Below, one piece after another: positions 12,501-27,500 of a stretch of 64,000 bases of DNA. The notes below the pieces were generated by a model. The model saw only the letters and a list, made by a program, of their open reading frames with translations, was not told where the DNA came from and ran no database searches. Every line of letters begins with the position of its first letter. Position 1 is the stretch's first letter. The position numbers were made by a program, and so were the translations under genes. The stretch is from Eutreptiella sp. 'Long Island Sound 2002' (Eukaryota > Protista > Euglenida), in NCBI GenBank assembly GCA_964036045.1, contig OZ038379.1, positions 17,670,001 to 17,734,000 of the forward strand, given 5' to 3'.

Positions 12501-15500
12501 CCAAAAAATTTGCTACATTTCCCAAAGTAGGGGGAAATTTTGATTTTTGCGATCTTTTTTCTGCGGAATTCAGTTTTGTGGAGCTGTTTATGGCTGACTC
12601 AGTCAATTGTTTTTGCGTTCGGCCTGTTTTTCTTTGGGGGGTGGTATGTTTCATTCATTTTGGTGCCACTGAAAAGGACCTGGGGTACCTTAGACTCCGG
12701 GATTGCAGTCCATCGTCAGTGGCCCCCTGTGCTTAACTGACTTTCGTTTATATCCGGTACTCTGGGTGGTTGTTTGACGTGGGTTCAGGGAAGGGGTCGA
12801 GAGCAGGGGGGAGAGGTTTAGGGGTTGGTTTGCCTGCATCTGCCTGACAGGGTTACCCTCGCATGGGGGGGGGGGGGGGTACAGGTCTTCCACCATCCCC
12901 CACCAGCTGCAAAATGCCTGACCCTGCGCAGCATCAGAAGGGGAGGGGGGAAGGGGGCTCCTCCTATGGTTGTCAGCCGTTCTAATACACCTTGGGGCAG
13001 GGGCCAAAGAAAAAATTGCGAATTTTTTTTTTTTGCAGATTTCACTTTTGCAAAGGGCATCGAGCTGAAAATCATTTTTTTTTCTGCGTTTTTTCTTTGC
13101 GTAAAACAACACCTTGTGCCGGGAATTAATCAGTTTTGCAAATAAGTAATACCGTACAAATCCTAAAGATTCGCGGAATCCTAATTTTTGCGTTGGGTGT
13201 TTTGAATTAATGATAAGCATAATTTTTGCGACAGCATCCAAAATGGGCAAAAATATTTTATTTTTGCGGAACCCATTTTTACGTAGGGCCTTACGCCAAA
13301 AACTATTAATTTTTTTTGCGTTTTCTTTTTGCGTTTTGGGGATTGGGGTTGATTCATTTTGTTGCTACTGCAAGAGACCGTGCGTACCTTGGGCTCTGGG
13401 ATTGCAGTCCATTCCTACATAGGCATACAAATGCGGATCAGTTGGACTCTGGTATTGCAGTCCATAGCACAGATAAGCACCATCCCGGATGCCCTGATAC
13501 CTGGTCCCTGATTCATCATTCTCTGAAAGCAAAGCAAGGTGCAGAATGGGGCTTGAGACACGGAAGAGGGGGGCAACAAGCAGTGGGGCAAACTCTCCCA
13601 CGATTCTGGCATTCTTGCAAAAAGGGGGGGGCAGGGGCAAAAAAATTTTCATTTTTGCGACTTTTTTTTGCGGAACCCATTTTTGCATACGGCATGGCGC
13701 AAAAAATTAATTTATTTTTTGTGTTGTTGCTTTTTTTTTTGGCGGACAACAACACCTTGTGCCGGAAATTAAATATTTTTCACATTGTTTAGGATTTGTA
13801 CGGTATTTGTAGATATGCCACATGCTACTGCTGGTTCCACTGGCCTTGCAGAAGAGCACCCCAGGCACGATCAGAGCTGGTCCCACTGAGTCGTGCACGG
13901 CAAGCAGCTGCACCTAACTGAAGTCTGAGTGCCACAGGAGGGGGGTATTCCGGAGTAACACATTTTTACGGGGCTGATGCTGCGTGAAGCTCGGTGACCC
14001 TGCCGAACCCAAGTGGCCTGTCAGTGACGTAGCCCCGAGCGCCACCACCCGCACTGCCAGTCGTTCCACAGGCATGGCACACCTGTGCAATTTCCTCCGA
14101 AGAGCCACGTGCCATCGGGTTGGCAAACGGCCGTGGCGTAGCCCGCATACTCCGGGGCACAACTCGGCAGGCATAGGCCGCCATAATGGTGCTCCTCACA
14201 CAGCTCAAAGCTCATCGTTGGGTTCTGTGGCGCTCCGCAGTCAACTGCGACAATTTCGCGTGCGTCGTAATGCGTGGGAGAGCGACCCACCGCAAGCGAC
14301 ACCATCCGTTTGACCAAGTGAACGACATTTGGCACACGAGCACCACAACTCAGGGCAAATGACATTCCAATGCAATGCCGTTATGCACTGCAAACCACAG
14401 GGTCAGATGAACAGGGGTAAGTGCACATCCCCCCGGGAGGGGGCAGGGGCGGAGTGCTGGCGTCAAGCCCTGGTTTGCTGGTTTGCCTGGCAAACCTCAG
14501 TTTTCGTCGTGGTTGTGCTTCGCAGCCACGAGCAGGGCTGCCCGCCACTCAGGGGACAACGGCATGAGGACCACACGCGAGGTGCCTCGCACCCGCGACG
14601 CCCCCAAGCCCCGACGCCCGTATCCCGATTGGCGGTGGTGTGGCCTCCGTGCTGCTCTTGGCCGTGTATAGCACGTATTATGCAACCCCCCCCCCCTGTT
14701 CGGGGCAAAAATTTTCCACTGTGCGGGGCGGACCTTTTTTGGTAAAAAACCCTCAGCAGGGCATTGCCTGGTGACCCCAATCACCAAAATATGTTCAGAA
14801 TCTACCACCACTACCACCAATAAGCCATATGTCATCAGAGACATGTCATACCCGAGTTGGTACATGCATGCGAAGACAGCTGAGGGGTCCTGAGTTCAAT
14901 TCTTGCTTCTGGCGCTTTTTCTGGCGCTTTTTCAGCATTACAAGTGCACATGACATGCATTGAACACAATCACAAACAACAACAAAAAAGCTGGGTACTT
15001 TTCTGGCGCTTTTTCTGGCGCTTTTTCTGGCGCTTTTTCTGGCGCTTTTTCAGCATTACAAGTGCACATGACATGCATTGGACACAATCACAAACAACAA
15101 AAAAAAAGCTGGGTACCACAAATCTTTGAATCCAGCCACTCGCCGGCTGGGAAGTTGCAGCATTCTTGGAGTGGCATACATTACAAGGCATAGTCTGGTC
15201 AAGAGCATAGGGGAGGGCAGGAAAAAGAGACAAATGGGTGCCTAATATTGCCTATTTCTGTGCTATGGTACTGTACGGGCCACTGTTCGGGGCTGTACGG
15301 GAAATACAGGATTCCCGTACGGGGGGTAGGTTGATTATGTGGCAGTCACTGGGCGAAACAGTCGCGCAGCGCACAGCAGCCGGGCCCCAGAGGCCCAGAA
15401 TCAGACGATGAGTGGCGGAACACAGAGCAGGTAATTCACCCCTGCATCGCCTCTGTCCAGGCTGACACTAGAGAGAGGAGGGGGGGGGGGGTCTGGGACC

Positions 15501-18500
15501 CAAAATTTTGTGTACCAAAAATGGCCCAATCAGATTTTCCCCTGTAAATTTCGTTTTTTCCCACCATGGTCACTTTGGTCCTGGGGGGGGGGGGGTCCTC
15601 CTATGGTTGTCGGCCGGTCTAATATAAGTCTGCTTCTGTCTAATGTAACGCTGTCTTTGTTTTGTTTTGTTGCACCACACAGCCCCTTCCTTTGCACATG
15701 CCTCGTGCAACCATCACCCCAGGTTCGAACCCCAAGATTCGGGGCAGCTACTTGACGGGCAGCGGGAGTCAAGACTGACCCACGTTCGAGGGTTCGAACC
15801 CGAGGTCCGGCACCGATGGTTTCACACACGCCGGACCCTCGGCGTGCCGTGCTGCAAAGCACAGGAGTCCTAGCGAAAACGCAACCAACGTGAGCCAACG
15901 GCGACCCTCTCCCGGCACAGCCCCCTCACAATGACACCACCCGAGATGCCCTGGGCGGACCCCATGCACGACAATGCGCCTTCTGCTGCAATACAGGGCC
16001 TGGACAGCCACCAGTTGCTCTGGCGATGCCCGTCGGCCTTTCCTTCGGCGCGCTTTCGGCCCTTTCACCAGAAGCCCCCCCCCCCCCCCCAAACCTGAAC
16101 GCCTTCGAGGAGCACTCCGCCCCAGAAAAAGCGCGGTGGTGTGGGATGCCGCCTACCGCTTCTACCGCTTCGGTCTGCCCTGGCGGGGGAGGGCCATTCT
16201 CAAAGGGGAGGGGGGGGGTGCCCCAAAGAATGCCCAGCAGGACAGCAGGCCCCCCACAGCGCCGTGCCAGTCAACAACAGCGGTGAGGCTAACACCGACA
16301 CCCGTTGGTGGTGACCTGACTGGCAGGGAGCCGACAGCATTTGGCGGTCACAGGAGGCGGTCACAGCCGATGCTTACTGAAGAAAAATGGGCCAAGGACT
16401 GCCGGTGGTTGGCAAATTACCGCCAGCGGTTGCTGATGAGTTACTGTCGGCCTTCGGGCAGTGACATAGCCGTGAGCACCGCCGGCAAAATGACTTCCAA
16501 AAAGATGCCTGCGTCCCGGCCAAGAGGCTGCTCCGGGCCGGGACAGCAACACTCCACATACCACGTGGCATCCCACCACGGACCACACTGAGCGCACGCG
16601 AGCACGTTCCGCCCCGGACACACACCTTCCGTGCATCCACCATTGAAAATCCAGTGGCCATCCGAATTGCACATGGCATCACCGGCCCCGGTGTATCCAA
16701 GTGGACAAGTGGCGTAACAAATGCTCCCGTAGGAATGATCGGTGCACGATGAATAATCCGTGTTCAGGTCGGCAGTCAGCGTCGGGTCATCACAGCCGGG
16801 CAGCTCTGCACACGGGGCATCGGTGGATGCATGCGGCACAGCAGTCCACCGAGTGGGGGCTGGTGTTCAGGCAGGCACCTGCGCCGACCGACCCCCTTTG
16901 TCCCCCTCATCCTCCGGTAAAACAACACCTCGATACCTCCCGCAGGCACTCCAATGAGGCGCTTTACACACGGGGCCAATGAAAGTGGGCAGCATCGCTT
17001 TCCGTGTCATAATGTCAACAGCCACCGGCCCCGCGCTGTGGCGGTGCTGCACGTGGACGGCCTGCGGGACACGCTCCGTCTGCTGCCGTCGCGCGCCTTG
17101 GCGCTCGTCGCCGACCTCACCGCCGACGCGTCGCCGGAGGCCACGCCGCCGGACTACGACGCCGAGACGCGGCTGCGGGCAAAGCCGCCGGCCGTGAGCC
17201 CGGCGCCTCCGGTCTGGCTCTTTGCCGGTCACGCCCACGGCCCGGCGGGTCACAGTGCCCCCCACCCTCCCCTCCCCCTCGCCCTTTTGCTGCTGAGGCC
17301 GGGTCCCCCTCCGGGGCCGGGGCCCTCAAATTGCAGTCGGGGGGATGGGGGTCATTTCGATACAAAGGCTGGGGGGCTGGCCGGGGCCGTGGCCGGGGAG
17401 TGAGCTATAACGGTGGAGCAGGTTAACCGCACTCGGCTCTGTTGTGCGGTGCCGTGTCTCGAGGTGTGGACGGCGGATCCTTTGGTGCAGTGTTTCCGCT
17501 GCCGTTCATCGAGACTCAGTTTGTTTCTGAATTGGAGGGGGTTGGGGGGTTGAAAGGGGAAAAGGGGGGGGGGGCAAGGCAAATGGAGACTTGTGCACGT
17601 GCCTTGAGACCCGTCACTCCCGTTCTGCCTCATACCTTCACATCTGCCCCCATGCATCCATTGACCAGTACAAGCGCACACGGAAGTCAAGGCCCCGCCA
17701 TAACCGGGTGCACATTCGGGTGTGCATCGAGCCCCGTATGACCAATCCTTGCACGATGTGAAATCCACGCCCACTGGACCTCCCAGGGACGGATCTCCGC
17801 AGTTGGCGGTATCTGCAACATGGCACAAAAATGCTGAAGCGACAGAATTCCAGGACACGAACGTCTTAAAAGACAAGACCACTCACGCACACACACAAGA
17901 GCAAGGGATGCACTTGCTGAAGCTCTGGACAGAAACCAGATACACAAGGTAAGTCGCCGAAGCAAGCGCTTGAGGAGAGCAAGGAAGCGCTGGCCAGCAA
18001 GGAGCGAGACATGGAGGCACTGCGTGATGCGCGGTCGGATGCGGATGCTGGTGTGCAGCAGCGCGAGGTAGCGCGGGCCGAGGCCGAGCGTCGTGCAGTG
18101 ATTGCGTCGGAGCATCGTGCAGCATTGAATGCGCTGCGTTATGCTGAGGGGGGTAATCCAGAAGGGGTAAAAAGGAAGCCGGGACATACCTGCATGAGTA
18201 GGGATTATGTGGCCACTTTGATTCCTCCCCGCTCTGAGTGCCCCAAGAAGGCAAGGACTATGCCGCCACTTCAATTCCTCTCCGTCTTGTGGCATTGGGG
18301 TTTGGTTAGGAACATCTCGCATGGCGGTTCAAATGAGTTGCATCAATGCACACATCAAATGCAGGTTTTCAGGTCAGGACCGCATCAGGCATACAGAACG
18401 GCAGTGTGAAGAATATGGACAGGGTCAGCCTTCCGGGATACACACTTATTATTCAGGGGTTGTGAAGGGAACAAAACAACCCTTCGTCCGACAGCACTGC

Positions 18501-21500
18501 AAGTAGTAGCAGCAAATGCCTGAGTGCACGAGGAGGAGCAGGGGCACCGCTTGCTGACTTGTTTGGGCCCAATCCGCCCCCGAACACAGCCTAATCTGGT
18601 CACCACATCCGACGACTGCCGTGGGCGCTTAAAAAAAGCAGCAGAAGCAGCAGCAGCACTGCTTCACACACCAAGGCATCCGATTCCTCCAAATTCCCAC
18701 TGACCATCAAGGCTGCACCGTGCTGTAACGTAGCCATAATGCCCACTTGCGCAACTCGGTGTGCAGTGACCTCCATAGAAATGCTCCGTGCAGTCTGAGA
18801 AATCCACATCTGCGGGCGGACTCGCCAGAGCAGGATCGCCACAGTTGGGCAATGCTGTGTGAACAAGGAACAATGCAGCGGGGTGTGGCAGCCCCTGCAC
18901 GCACAGGGATGGGGAGGCCCCATTGCAAATGGAAGTTTCAAGCGAGACGAGAAAGAAAGAGACTGCACCCACAAGGGGTATAGCAGGGGCCTGGGGGGGG
19001 GGGAAGACCCAACTCATGAGAGCCAGGGGGAAATATAGGCGGGACATTTGGTAGACGCAACCTGTTATCACAGCCACCCACAAAGAGCAACTGGATTGCA
19101 ACTCCTCAAAAGCAGATACCCTCCAAAAGGAGTGGGAAGGAGGGACGATGCAAGTTCGTGTGTGAAAAACGCACTGGCGAAAACACAGTGTCAGTGGGAG
19201 GACGGGGATGCGAGACATGGATAGACAGCGCTGCTAGTGGCAGTTCCAGACCGGCAGCACTGCAGGCAGTACCCCTGCTCCTCCTCATGCAGAGGTCATG
19301 CGTATTCCTGGACCGGGACGAACGTGAAAACCGCCCACCAAACCCCCGCATGCGCAGGTCAAAGGCTGCAGGTGAACATCACACACAGCGTCAGATGCAC
19401 CAAAGCGCACGCCCAGTGGCCTATGCTCACGTGGCTCCACTTCTGGTCGGGGCGTGCAAAACGGCCCAATTCGGAGGATCACGAGTTCGCGGTGGAGAAA
19501 CGGAAAGGGTGGGCGGCCTCCGCTTGCCCAACGGAAGCGGAGGTCGGAAAGACCAGAACGCGACAAGCAGGGCAGCGAGTGGTGGCCCTGTAGCACCACC
19601 CAAGAGGCCGCGTGGCTCGGCCGTCATCGTAAATGACGCCTGAACCAGACAACCCGGTTTCGAGCCTCAGGTAGGGCACCACCTGGGACGCAACCGCCCC
19701 GGGCGCTCGGGGGTCCGGGACCCCACGAGCCGAATGGGGCGGTGCGAGGAATAAAAGGGAACAGCACGCTGGCGTTGGTACACTGGACTCGGTGAAATCG
19801 GAAGGGCAGCAGCAAAACCAACTTCGATATGGCCACGGCATTGCACAGTGCTGAAAGCCAATCTCATCCACGGTAAACAACTTAAACTCCCCAGGCGCGT
19901 TCTTCTTAGGGACACCGCTTGGCGAAGGTGATATCAACAAAAGGGGAAGTGCCAAATCTCCCGGCACACAAGGGCGTGCTGTCTGACCCGAGTGTCGATG
20001 GACCGCTGCGCTTCCAACCACTTTGAAACTCGCAGGCAGCCACAGCCTTCATCACAGTTCACGTCGCAAGCAAAGCAAGAGCAGAGGCAGAAACAAAAAT
20101 GTCGAGTGACCCATTGAGCCCCCCGGCACAGCACACAAAACCTTCACATGTTCCTCCATATTGCCATACACCATCGGCACCACAAAACGCGATGGCGTGC
20201 CCTTCGTAACCGCTCGCACATGCAGGGAAGCACTGGCCACCATACAAGTGGTCCGTGCACCATGAGAAATCCATCTTCGGGTCACTCGGAGGTCCGCAGT
20301 CTGGAATCGCTGTTGTAAAATTGGAGAGAGGGGGTAAAGCGTGCATGAAGCACATATCGTATGGTGTGGTAATGTGGCGTCGTTTGGTGTGGTGTGGTGT
20401 GGTGTGGCGTGGGTGGTGTGGTGTGGTGTGGTGTGGTGTGGTGTAGTGAAACTTGCTGTTATGTGAAAATGCCCAGCTGCCGGTTTATGCTTTTGCCGGA
20501 AACAAGTCATCGGCTGTCCGTAACGCACTGCTGGCTCCACCAACCACAAACCTGTACAAGCTGTATATGCCCATGCACCATTGTCCTGGCACACAGCACT
20601 CGGAGAACCGTCGTGATTAGCTGCGCAATGCACGATACATTGGCCACCAAAGAAGTGATCTCCGCATTTCTCAAAAGTCATCGTTGGGTGGGCTGGTGGC
20701 CCGCAGTCAACTGCACAGATGCAATGGCAGGAACGAGGCGGTTCCGCCAGACGTCAGACCCGCCAGAAACTGCCTCCAAACCGCTCTTCCAACAAACCAT
20801 ACGTAACCACTCTGGAACCCTCCCTTTCGCCCCCTTCCCCTTCAAGCCCGTCCCATAATCCAGACATGCCTGCGAAACGTAGGCCAGGGTTTGCCAGGGG
20901 CCTGTGGGTCGCGCTTTCGCATCGCAGGTCCGCAGACATTTCTCAGGCCCCACGGCTGCCCCAATCCCACCTCCAAATTCCACGTCCCATCCCATCTCAT
21001 GTCCACTTCGAGTCCACCTCCTGTCTACGAAATGCATGCCCCTTTCCAAAAGCACATCCCCCAGACTGTGGTAGACTGTGGGGAGAATTACCGAATTCCC
21101 GCAAAAGATTGCGGGGAACGCGCGACGTCCCCGTGCTGTGGGGGGGAATTGCCGCAAAAGATTACGGCGAACGCGCAACATCCCTCAGACTGTGGGGGAA
21201 ACTCCGAAATCCCGCAAAAGATTCCCCCAGACTGTGGAAGGAATTGCCGAATTTGCGGACCAACGTTCGGGTGCTGATGTGTGCTGGTTGGCCTCACATC
21301 CGTGGGTGGCGGCCACTAGCATTGCAAGCCTGACGGTTTCGCTTGTGTGTCTCATTTCTGCTTTATGGGCCGCAGGAAAACCGAGCAGTTGTTGCACAGT
21401 CGTTGGTGAGCGTAAGAACTGAGGCTACTGCGAGGAAGTGGGGCATCCAGTGGCCCATGTGACAGACGATGTTCATCCCGACCGTCCCTTGTTCAGTGCT

Positions 21501-24500
21501 TCAGGTTCCTTCTTTTTAAATTTTGTTGTTTGTGGTCTTATGACCCGATGTCGATCATCAGTTGTGTCGTCTGATGTGGACGTTTCTTGGACAACACGTC
21601 ACAATTGATCTCACTGCAACGTGTGTTGTGTATGAAGAGAGCAGGTACATCGGCCCCACCAGCAAGCAAGCGGTGCATGGCATGCCCCGAGAAAATTCCC
21701 ATCGTATTCCCAGAGATGCTGCGGGACGGCCTGGAGAAAAACCGGGAAAGCGGGAAGAAACCAGTGGAAATTGGGGACTGGTGTGACGCGACCCTGTCTC
21801 CCCCAACAATGGGAGTACCGGGTGATGTATCGGATCCGGGTCCATCTTGAAGGGCAGTGTTCAAGGCTGTTCTGACCTCCCATGCGGCCAAACAGAGGAC
21901 CGCGGGTGTATGCGTAGGCAACACCGGCGAGGAGCTTGCAGAGCGGCAGCAGACCCCTACTGCTGGGGGCACAGGTACAGGGTTTTGAGACCCTCCTCTC
22001 TTTCTGCAGGTCAATCCACACAGCCCGGACAAGCGCACACACCTCGACAAGTGCCCCCAAAGGACCATGTGCCAAAGCGACTGCAGACTGCCGTGGGAGA
22101 CCCCGTGCGACCAGCCGCACATGTCGGTGAGCATTCGCCTCCGTACAAGTGACTCGTGCAAGCAGACCAATCCACCCCCACGGGGCCTCCGATCGCAGGG
22201 TCGCCGCAGCTCGGCACCTCTGTGACAGTTGAGCGGCAACGCGTTGGCGGCGCTGAGGAAGGGAGGGGCTGCTCCGCATCTGCTGCAGGGCTGGGGTTGC
22301 TCACCCCCCCCCCCCCCCCAACGGGTTTGAAGCGATGGCAAAAGGTTAAAAAATGCTTACAAAAGATTTTTCTCGCTTTTCGACGACACATCGAGTCAAT
22401 GGACCCCCCATGCGCGTGTCAATGGACCCCCCATGCGCGTGTCAATGGACCCCCCATGCGCGTGTCAATGGACCCCCTGTGTGACATTCCGTCTGGTTGT
22501 CAATGGACCCCCCCTCTCGAAAGAAGAAACATAGCCCCCCTTGTCAATTGACCCCCCCCATTCGAAAGAAGGAATATGGCCCAGGCCATTGGTCTGATAC
22601 CGTCGCAACCACTTCACAATCGCCCGCAACCAATTTCCTCAAACTATCGACCGCAGCGTTGCTCCTCAGCAAATGCTCCCCTTGACATCAACATGAGGCA
22701 TTGTGTGAGTGACGGTGCTGCATGCACATACCTCCCCTCCCCATATCGACATATGCTTTGTACCTCTGGCATCTTTGTGATGGCTGTAGAGCCCACGTTG
22801 GCCACTTTTTTTAGCTTGTTTTTGACCTTTCGTCGTCTTGCATATGTGTGGGTGCAGTGCTTACATATAAGTGCGCGTCACCATAACCCCACACAACCAC
22901 GTTCCTTCACAGCTGCAACTGGACATGAAATACTTTGAGACACCTCTAGACCTCAAGTCATACCTCTGCATGAACACAAAAATGTTGTGTGCCCATCACA
23001 TGCCATTGTAGAACCAAGAAACCAGGCAAAAAAGGGCAACTTTTGTGTAATTTGGTGACAAATTCTTGGGGGGGGGGGCATGATTCTTCTTTCGAAGGGG
23101 GGGACTAGGGGGGCCATGTTTCTTCTTTTGAAGGGGGGGGCGGTCCATCGACATGGGGGGGGGGGGTATGGGGGGATCGCACGCCGTAAAGCCAGTTTTT
23201 CTCACTTCAGGCCACAACTGTCAAAAAAAAGTGTTTCATTCCAAATCTCATGGTACCCTCTGAAAATCATCCCCCCGTCAGCAACCCCAGGCACCCAAGA
23301 CTGCAGGTGTACACAGGCACCGTTGGCACCAGGGCTCTCAATGCGCAAACCAGACAAAGCGCACTCCGCTGAAGACCCACCAACACGATGACGGTTGAGG
23401 CACCGGTAATGTCACGGCTGTTGGAGATCGTGAGGAGTCGCCCCCCCGGCCAGGCCATCCAGTGTGGTTCGTGTTGCCCCTGTTTGGGTCAGGTCCACTC
23501 GTGGACCGTTGTGTCCGCCACCTTGTTTGGGCGTTTCAGCGCCTTGCACAGATCAAAGACGGGGGGAATGGGGACAAACCCACGTCGCTCTCGGGGGCAT
23601 TTGGGGAATTGTCACAGGCCCTGTCACTCATCGACACTGACGAACATCGATGGTGGGCAGCGGATGGCATTCTGGTCATCGTGTGAGTCTTTGATTGACC
23701 CCCACCCCCAACTGTATCCCTGCACCACTGGCTCTGTATGGGTGTCAGACAGTGGGGAGCTCATCAAAACTATGGAACGGAAAGGGCACGCACAGGGCTT
23801 GGATAGGGCACGGATTGCGCACGCATAGGGCATGCACAGGCCAGGACACGCTCAGAGCATGCATAGGGGCTGTACGGGGCATGCAGGGTGCATGCACCGG
23901 GCGTGGACAGTGGGCATGCACGGGACAGGGACGGGGGGTGAGGGCAGGAGAACGTGGCCAAGGCCCACCAATGGTTCGTCCCGGCGGTAGTGGGACCCCC
24001 CCCCCCCCCTGCTCCCATAGCCGTCAACCCGCAGGACTGAAAATTGTGGTGAGGTCCAATAATGACCCATTCAAAATTAGTGCACCAACAGCACGCACCA
24101 GTACAATTAAGACCAAGGCCCTAAACGGAATGTGAATGACCAACAGTTTGCGAGCAGATTACGAATGGCACACATGTTTCCCGCGTCGCATCAGAAGATG
24201 GGGAGGGGGTCCCAAAGGAGGGGGGGGGCTTGTGGCTATTGGTGATTCTCATGGACCGTTGGTCGCACCCATGCGGGTTGTGTGTCCGAAATGTGAAACT
24301 ACGGAAGGCTTGTTGAGTTGTCTCGATGTCTTATTGACCTCAAAGCCGTTGATGGCACTAGTGCTTGCTTGTGGACCGATATGGGGGTCCATGCGGGTTC
24401 GATGTGGTCGATGATGGTGGTGATGATGATGATCATGATGCGCAGGTGGTGACCAGGTGCAATCAATGCCAAAAGGGGTGGGCAATGGCCGCCGGCGCGG

Positions 24501-27500
24501 GGACCCCGCTGTTGCACAACATGGCATACCTTCACAAAGGCCTGCATATTCCCAATTGCCGTCTGCCTTGCACATTGCATACACATGACCAGAGTATCCA
24601 ACGAGACACGTCCCAGAGCAAGTAGCCCCATACGAGTACTCCGAGCAATCCGAGAAATCCGTGCCGACTGGATCACCAACGGAGGGATCTCCACAGCCCG
24701 GCAACGCTGCGGAAAATCGGCCATAAATGCATTTCGCGTTGCGCAGTCAACGGTTTGGGTTCAAGGGGATGCAATGTGGATTTTATTGGCGGGGAATCCA
24801 CCATTCAAGACAACCATCCCTTGGCCCCTGCGATTATGGCGAGACTGCGTTGGACTGCTGCGAAGCCTCGCCTTCTTTTTTGGTGTGACGACTCTACACA
24901 TCGTGCACAGCGCACTCTGCAAACTCCGCGGCCGTGCACTGTGCAGAGTGCGGTCTGCACTATGCACAGTGCATGCAGCGCTCTGCAAACCGCACGTATG
25001 CACTGCACTTTCCACACACTGCAAAGACAATCAAAACACCGCTTTTAGAATTGCGATGACGGTCGCAATCGCGCGAGCAATTGTTGGCGCGTCCGTTCGC
25101 CCAGGACGCCAGCAGTGGTCTCAGCCGGCGGGAAGCACCTCTGCGCGCGTCGTTCTTAGAACATCCGTGCCATGCGTGCACTGCCCGATTAAAATTCGGT
25201 TGGACCTCCACAACCACATGCAACACACACCAATGCAAATTCCTCCAAATGACCATGCACCATCACTATCGCAGATGGCGGTGACATAACCCGTGTATCT
25301 ACTCGCACAGGTCGGTGAGCAGTGCCCCCCGTAGAAATGTTCGGTGCACGATGAGAAATCCACATTTGCCGGGGGACTTGCCAAACTTGGATCCCCGCAA
25401 TCGACCGATTCTGAAAATGAAACCAACATAGCAAACACCTATTTTCAATCCACCGCCCACGCGGTTCCTCCCAATGCTTGAAAGTTCGTGCGAAGGCAAG
25501 AAATACCAAATATACAAGCAGGAAACACCAAACGAAGGCGCTCACGGAATGGCAGGTGTTTTCCGAAAGAGGGGAAATTGTCAAGTCGGAAGTCATCAAC
25601 ATCACTAGGCATGTATGTGGAGAGGGATATCTCACAACGGCACCCTCCCACGGACAAACAACTTTGGACCTGCCCTTTCCCGCGCTGAGACCTCCCTGAT
25701 TGGGGTTTGGATAATGGATGATGGATGATGGATGATGATGGTGGGTGATCTCGGAATTGCTGAATCCCAAAAACCACTTGTAGTTTGTTTTGTTGTAAAA
25801 GTGGGTGTTGGCCTGAGAATCTAAAATTGTCACCCTGATTGGGGTTTGGATGATGGATGATGATGCTGCTGATGATGATGATGGATTATCCCAAAATCGG
25901 AGATGCTGAATCTGAACCAATTATAAATACCACCTTTCCAGTTGTATGTGCAACAGCTTAGAGCGGGCCTATTTTTAGGTTGCTTTGGGATGAAAGTGAG
26001 CTTTGGCTTGAGAATCTAAAAGTAGCACGGGGGGAGGGGGGAGCTCGTGGACACTGCATCTTCGGTGCCTGGCTGAAGGCAATATATTTCAATATTTTGC
26101 AGGCCATTGTTGGTTCCAAAACTCCGCACCCTCAGACCCCCTCCCCGCCCCCCCTCCCCACTCAAGCAAAGCCCTGCCCCCCACGCCCCTCCCGCGGGGC
26201 AGCCCAGCCCGCCATGACCCGATCCCAGACCCTTGCAGACTGACCCTCGCCCTCTGACGCACATACGCAGGTCCTTGCGGACCGGCTTTCAGCCTCTGAT
26301 GCGCATACCTGTGGGTGTAATGGACCTCCCCCCCTGCTGCTAAAGAATAAAATGTTGTGAGAGGAGCCCGGAGCCGGAGCCTGAAGGGGATTGGGGTTGG
26401 AAAATGGGGTCCAGCAGCTGGCCATTGCCCCACCCCCCTTTTCCTTTCCCCCGGAAAAAAGCTATTGGGTCAGCGGAGAGGGCTCCAAGGGCCGCCTGCC
26501 CCCACATTCAATTTTTCAGCAGCCTGGGTCCAGGTAGTGGGGGTTAATTGCCCTTCCCCCCCCCTGCCCCTCTGTGTGGACTCGACACAGAGAAGTGAAA
26601 CAAGGCAAGTCCGGGGGCTCCGTTGGCACAACCGACCAAGGGAATGGAAAGGGAAGGAGTGGTGTGAGGCCGATGGGCTCCACGGCCTATGGAGGGAAAG
26701 GTCAAGGGAAAGGAAAGGGAACTAGAGAGGGAAGGTCAGGACAGGGAGGAAGAGGAAGGTCACATGGTGGTGAGGGGCCGACGGGCCTGTGGAGGGATAG
26801 GGTCCAAGGGAAGGGCAGCAAATGGCGATCGGCTAGTGGACGCCGCCAGCTGCAGACGTAAACAACACACCATGGCCTCATGCCAAGACCCCTCCAGTTC
26901 TGTGTTTATCCTCTTGCATATGGGGGCAGAGGGAAGGTGTTAATCCTCCTAGCCATACACCACATGGCGTAGGAAGTGGAGCCCCAACCCACATCTCCCA
27001 CCCCACCCCACCACCCACTGTTGGCGTGGTTAGCCAAACAATTTTTGAATCGGTCGAGAGGTTGAAGCACTTGACTCCTACACCCATGATCCTAGTTTTG
27101 AACCCCGTGTTTGAAGGTTCCACTCGACCAGCGCCGGGAGTAGGGGCGCAGACCTGACCACCCCGAAAGAACCCTGGAACCCTAGGTCTAGAGTCTACAA
27201 ACTACCGCACCACATCTAATAAACATCACTAGGCGGTTGCGGCGGAAAAGCAGAACCCACCGTGAGAAAGGGGCAAAACAGTTACAACGCCTTGCAAAAC
27301 GCTTAAAGTGTACCACTCCCAGAAACTATGGTGACTATGGAGCTGGTAGGGTGTACAGGCACAAGATTGCTCACAAATGCATTTGAGGCTGAACCAAAAC
27401 AGTGAGGGTGTGTGAAGACGGGCTCACAAAAGTGACATACTAGCAGACCAGTTTTCGGACCCAGTGAAACAAGCAGCATGCAATGAGCCCACTTTTGTTG

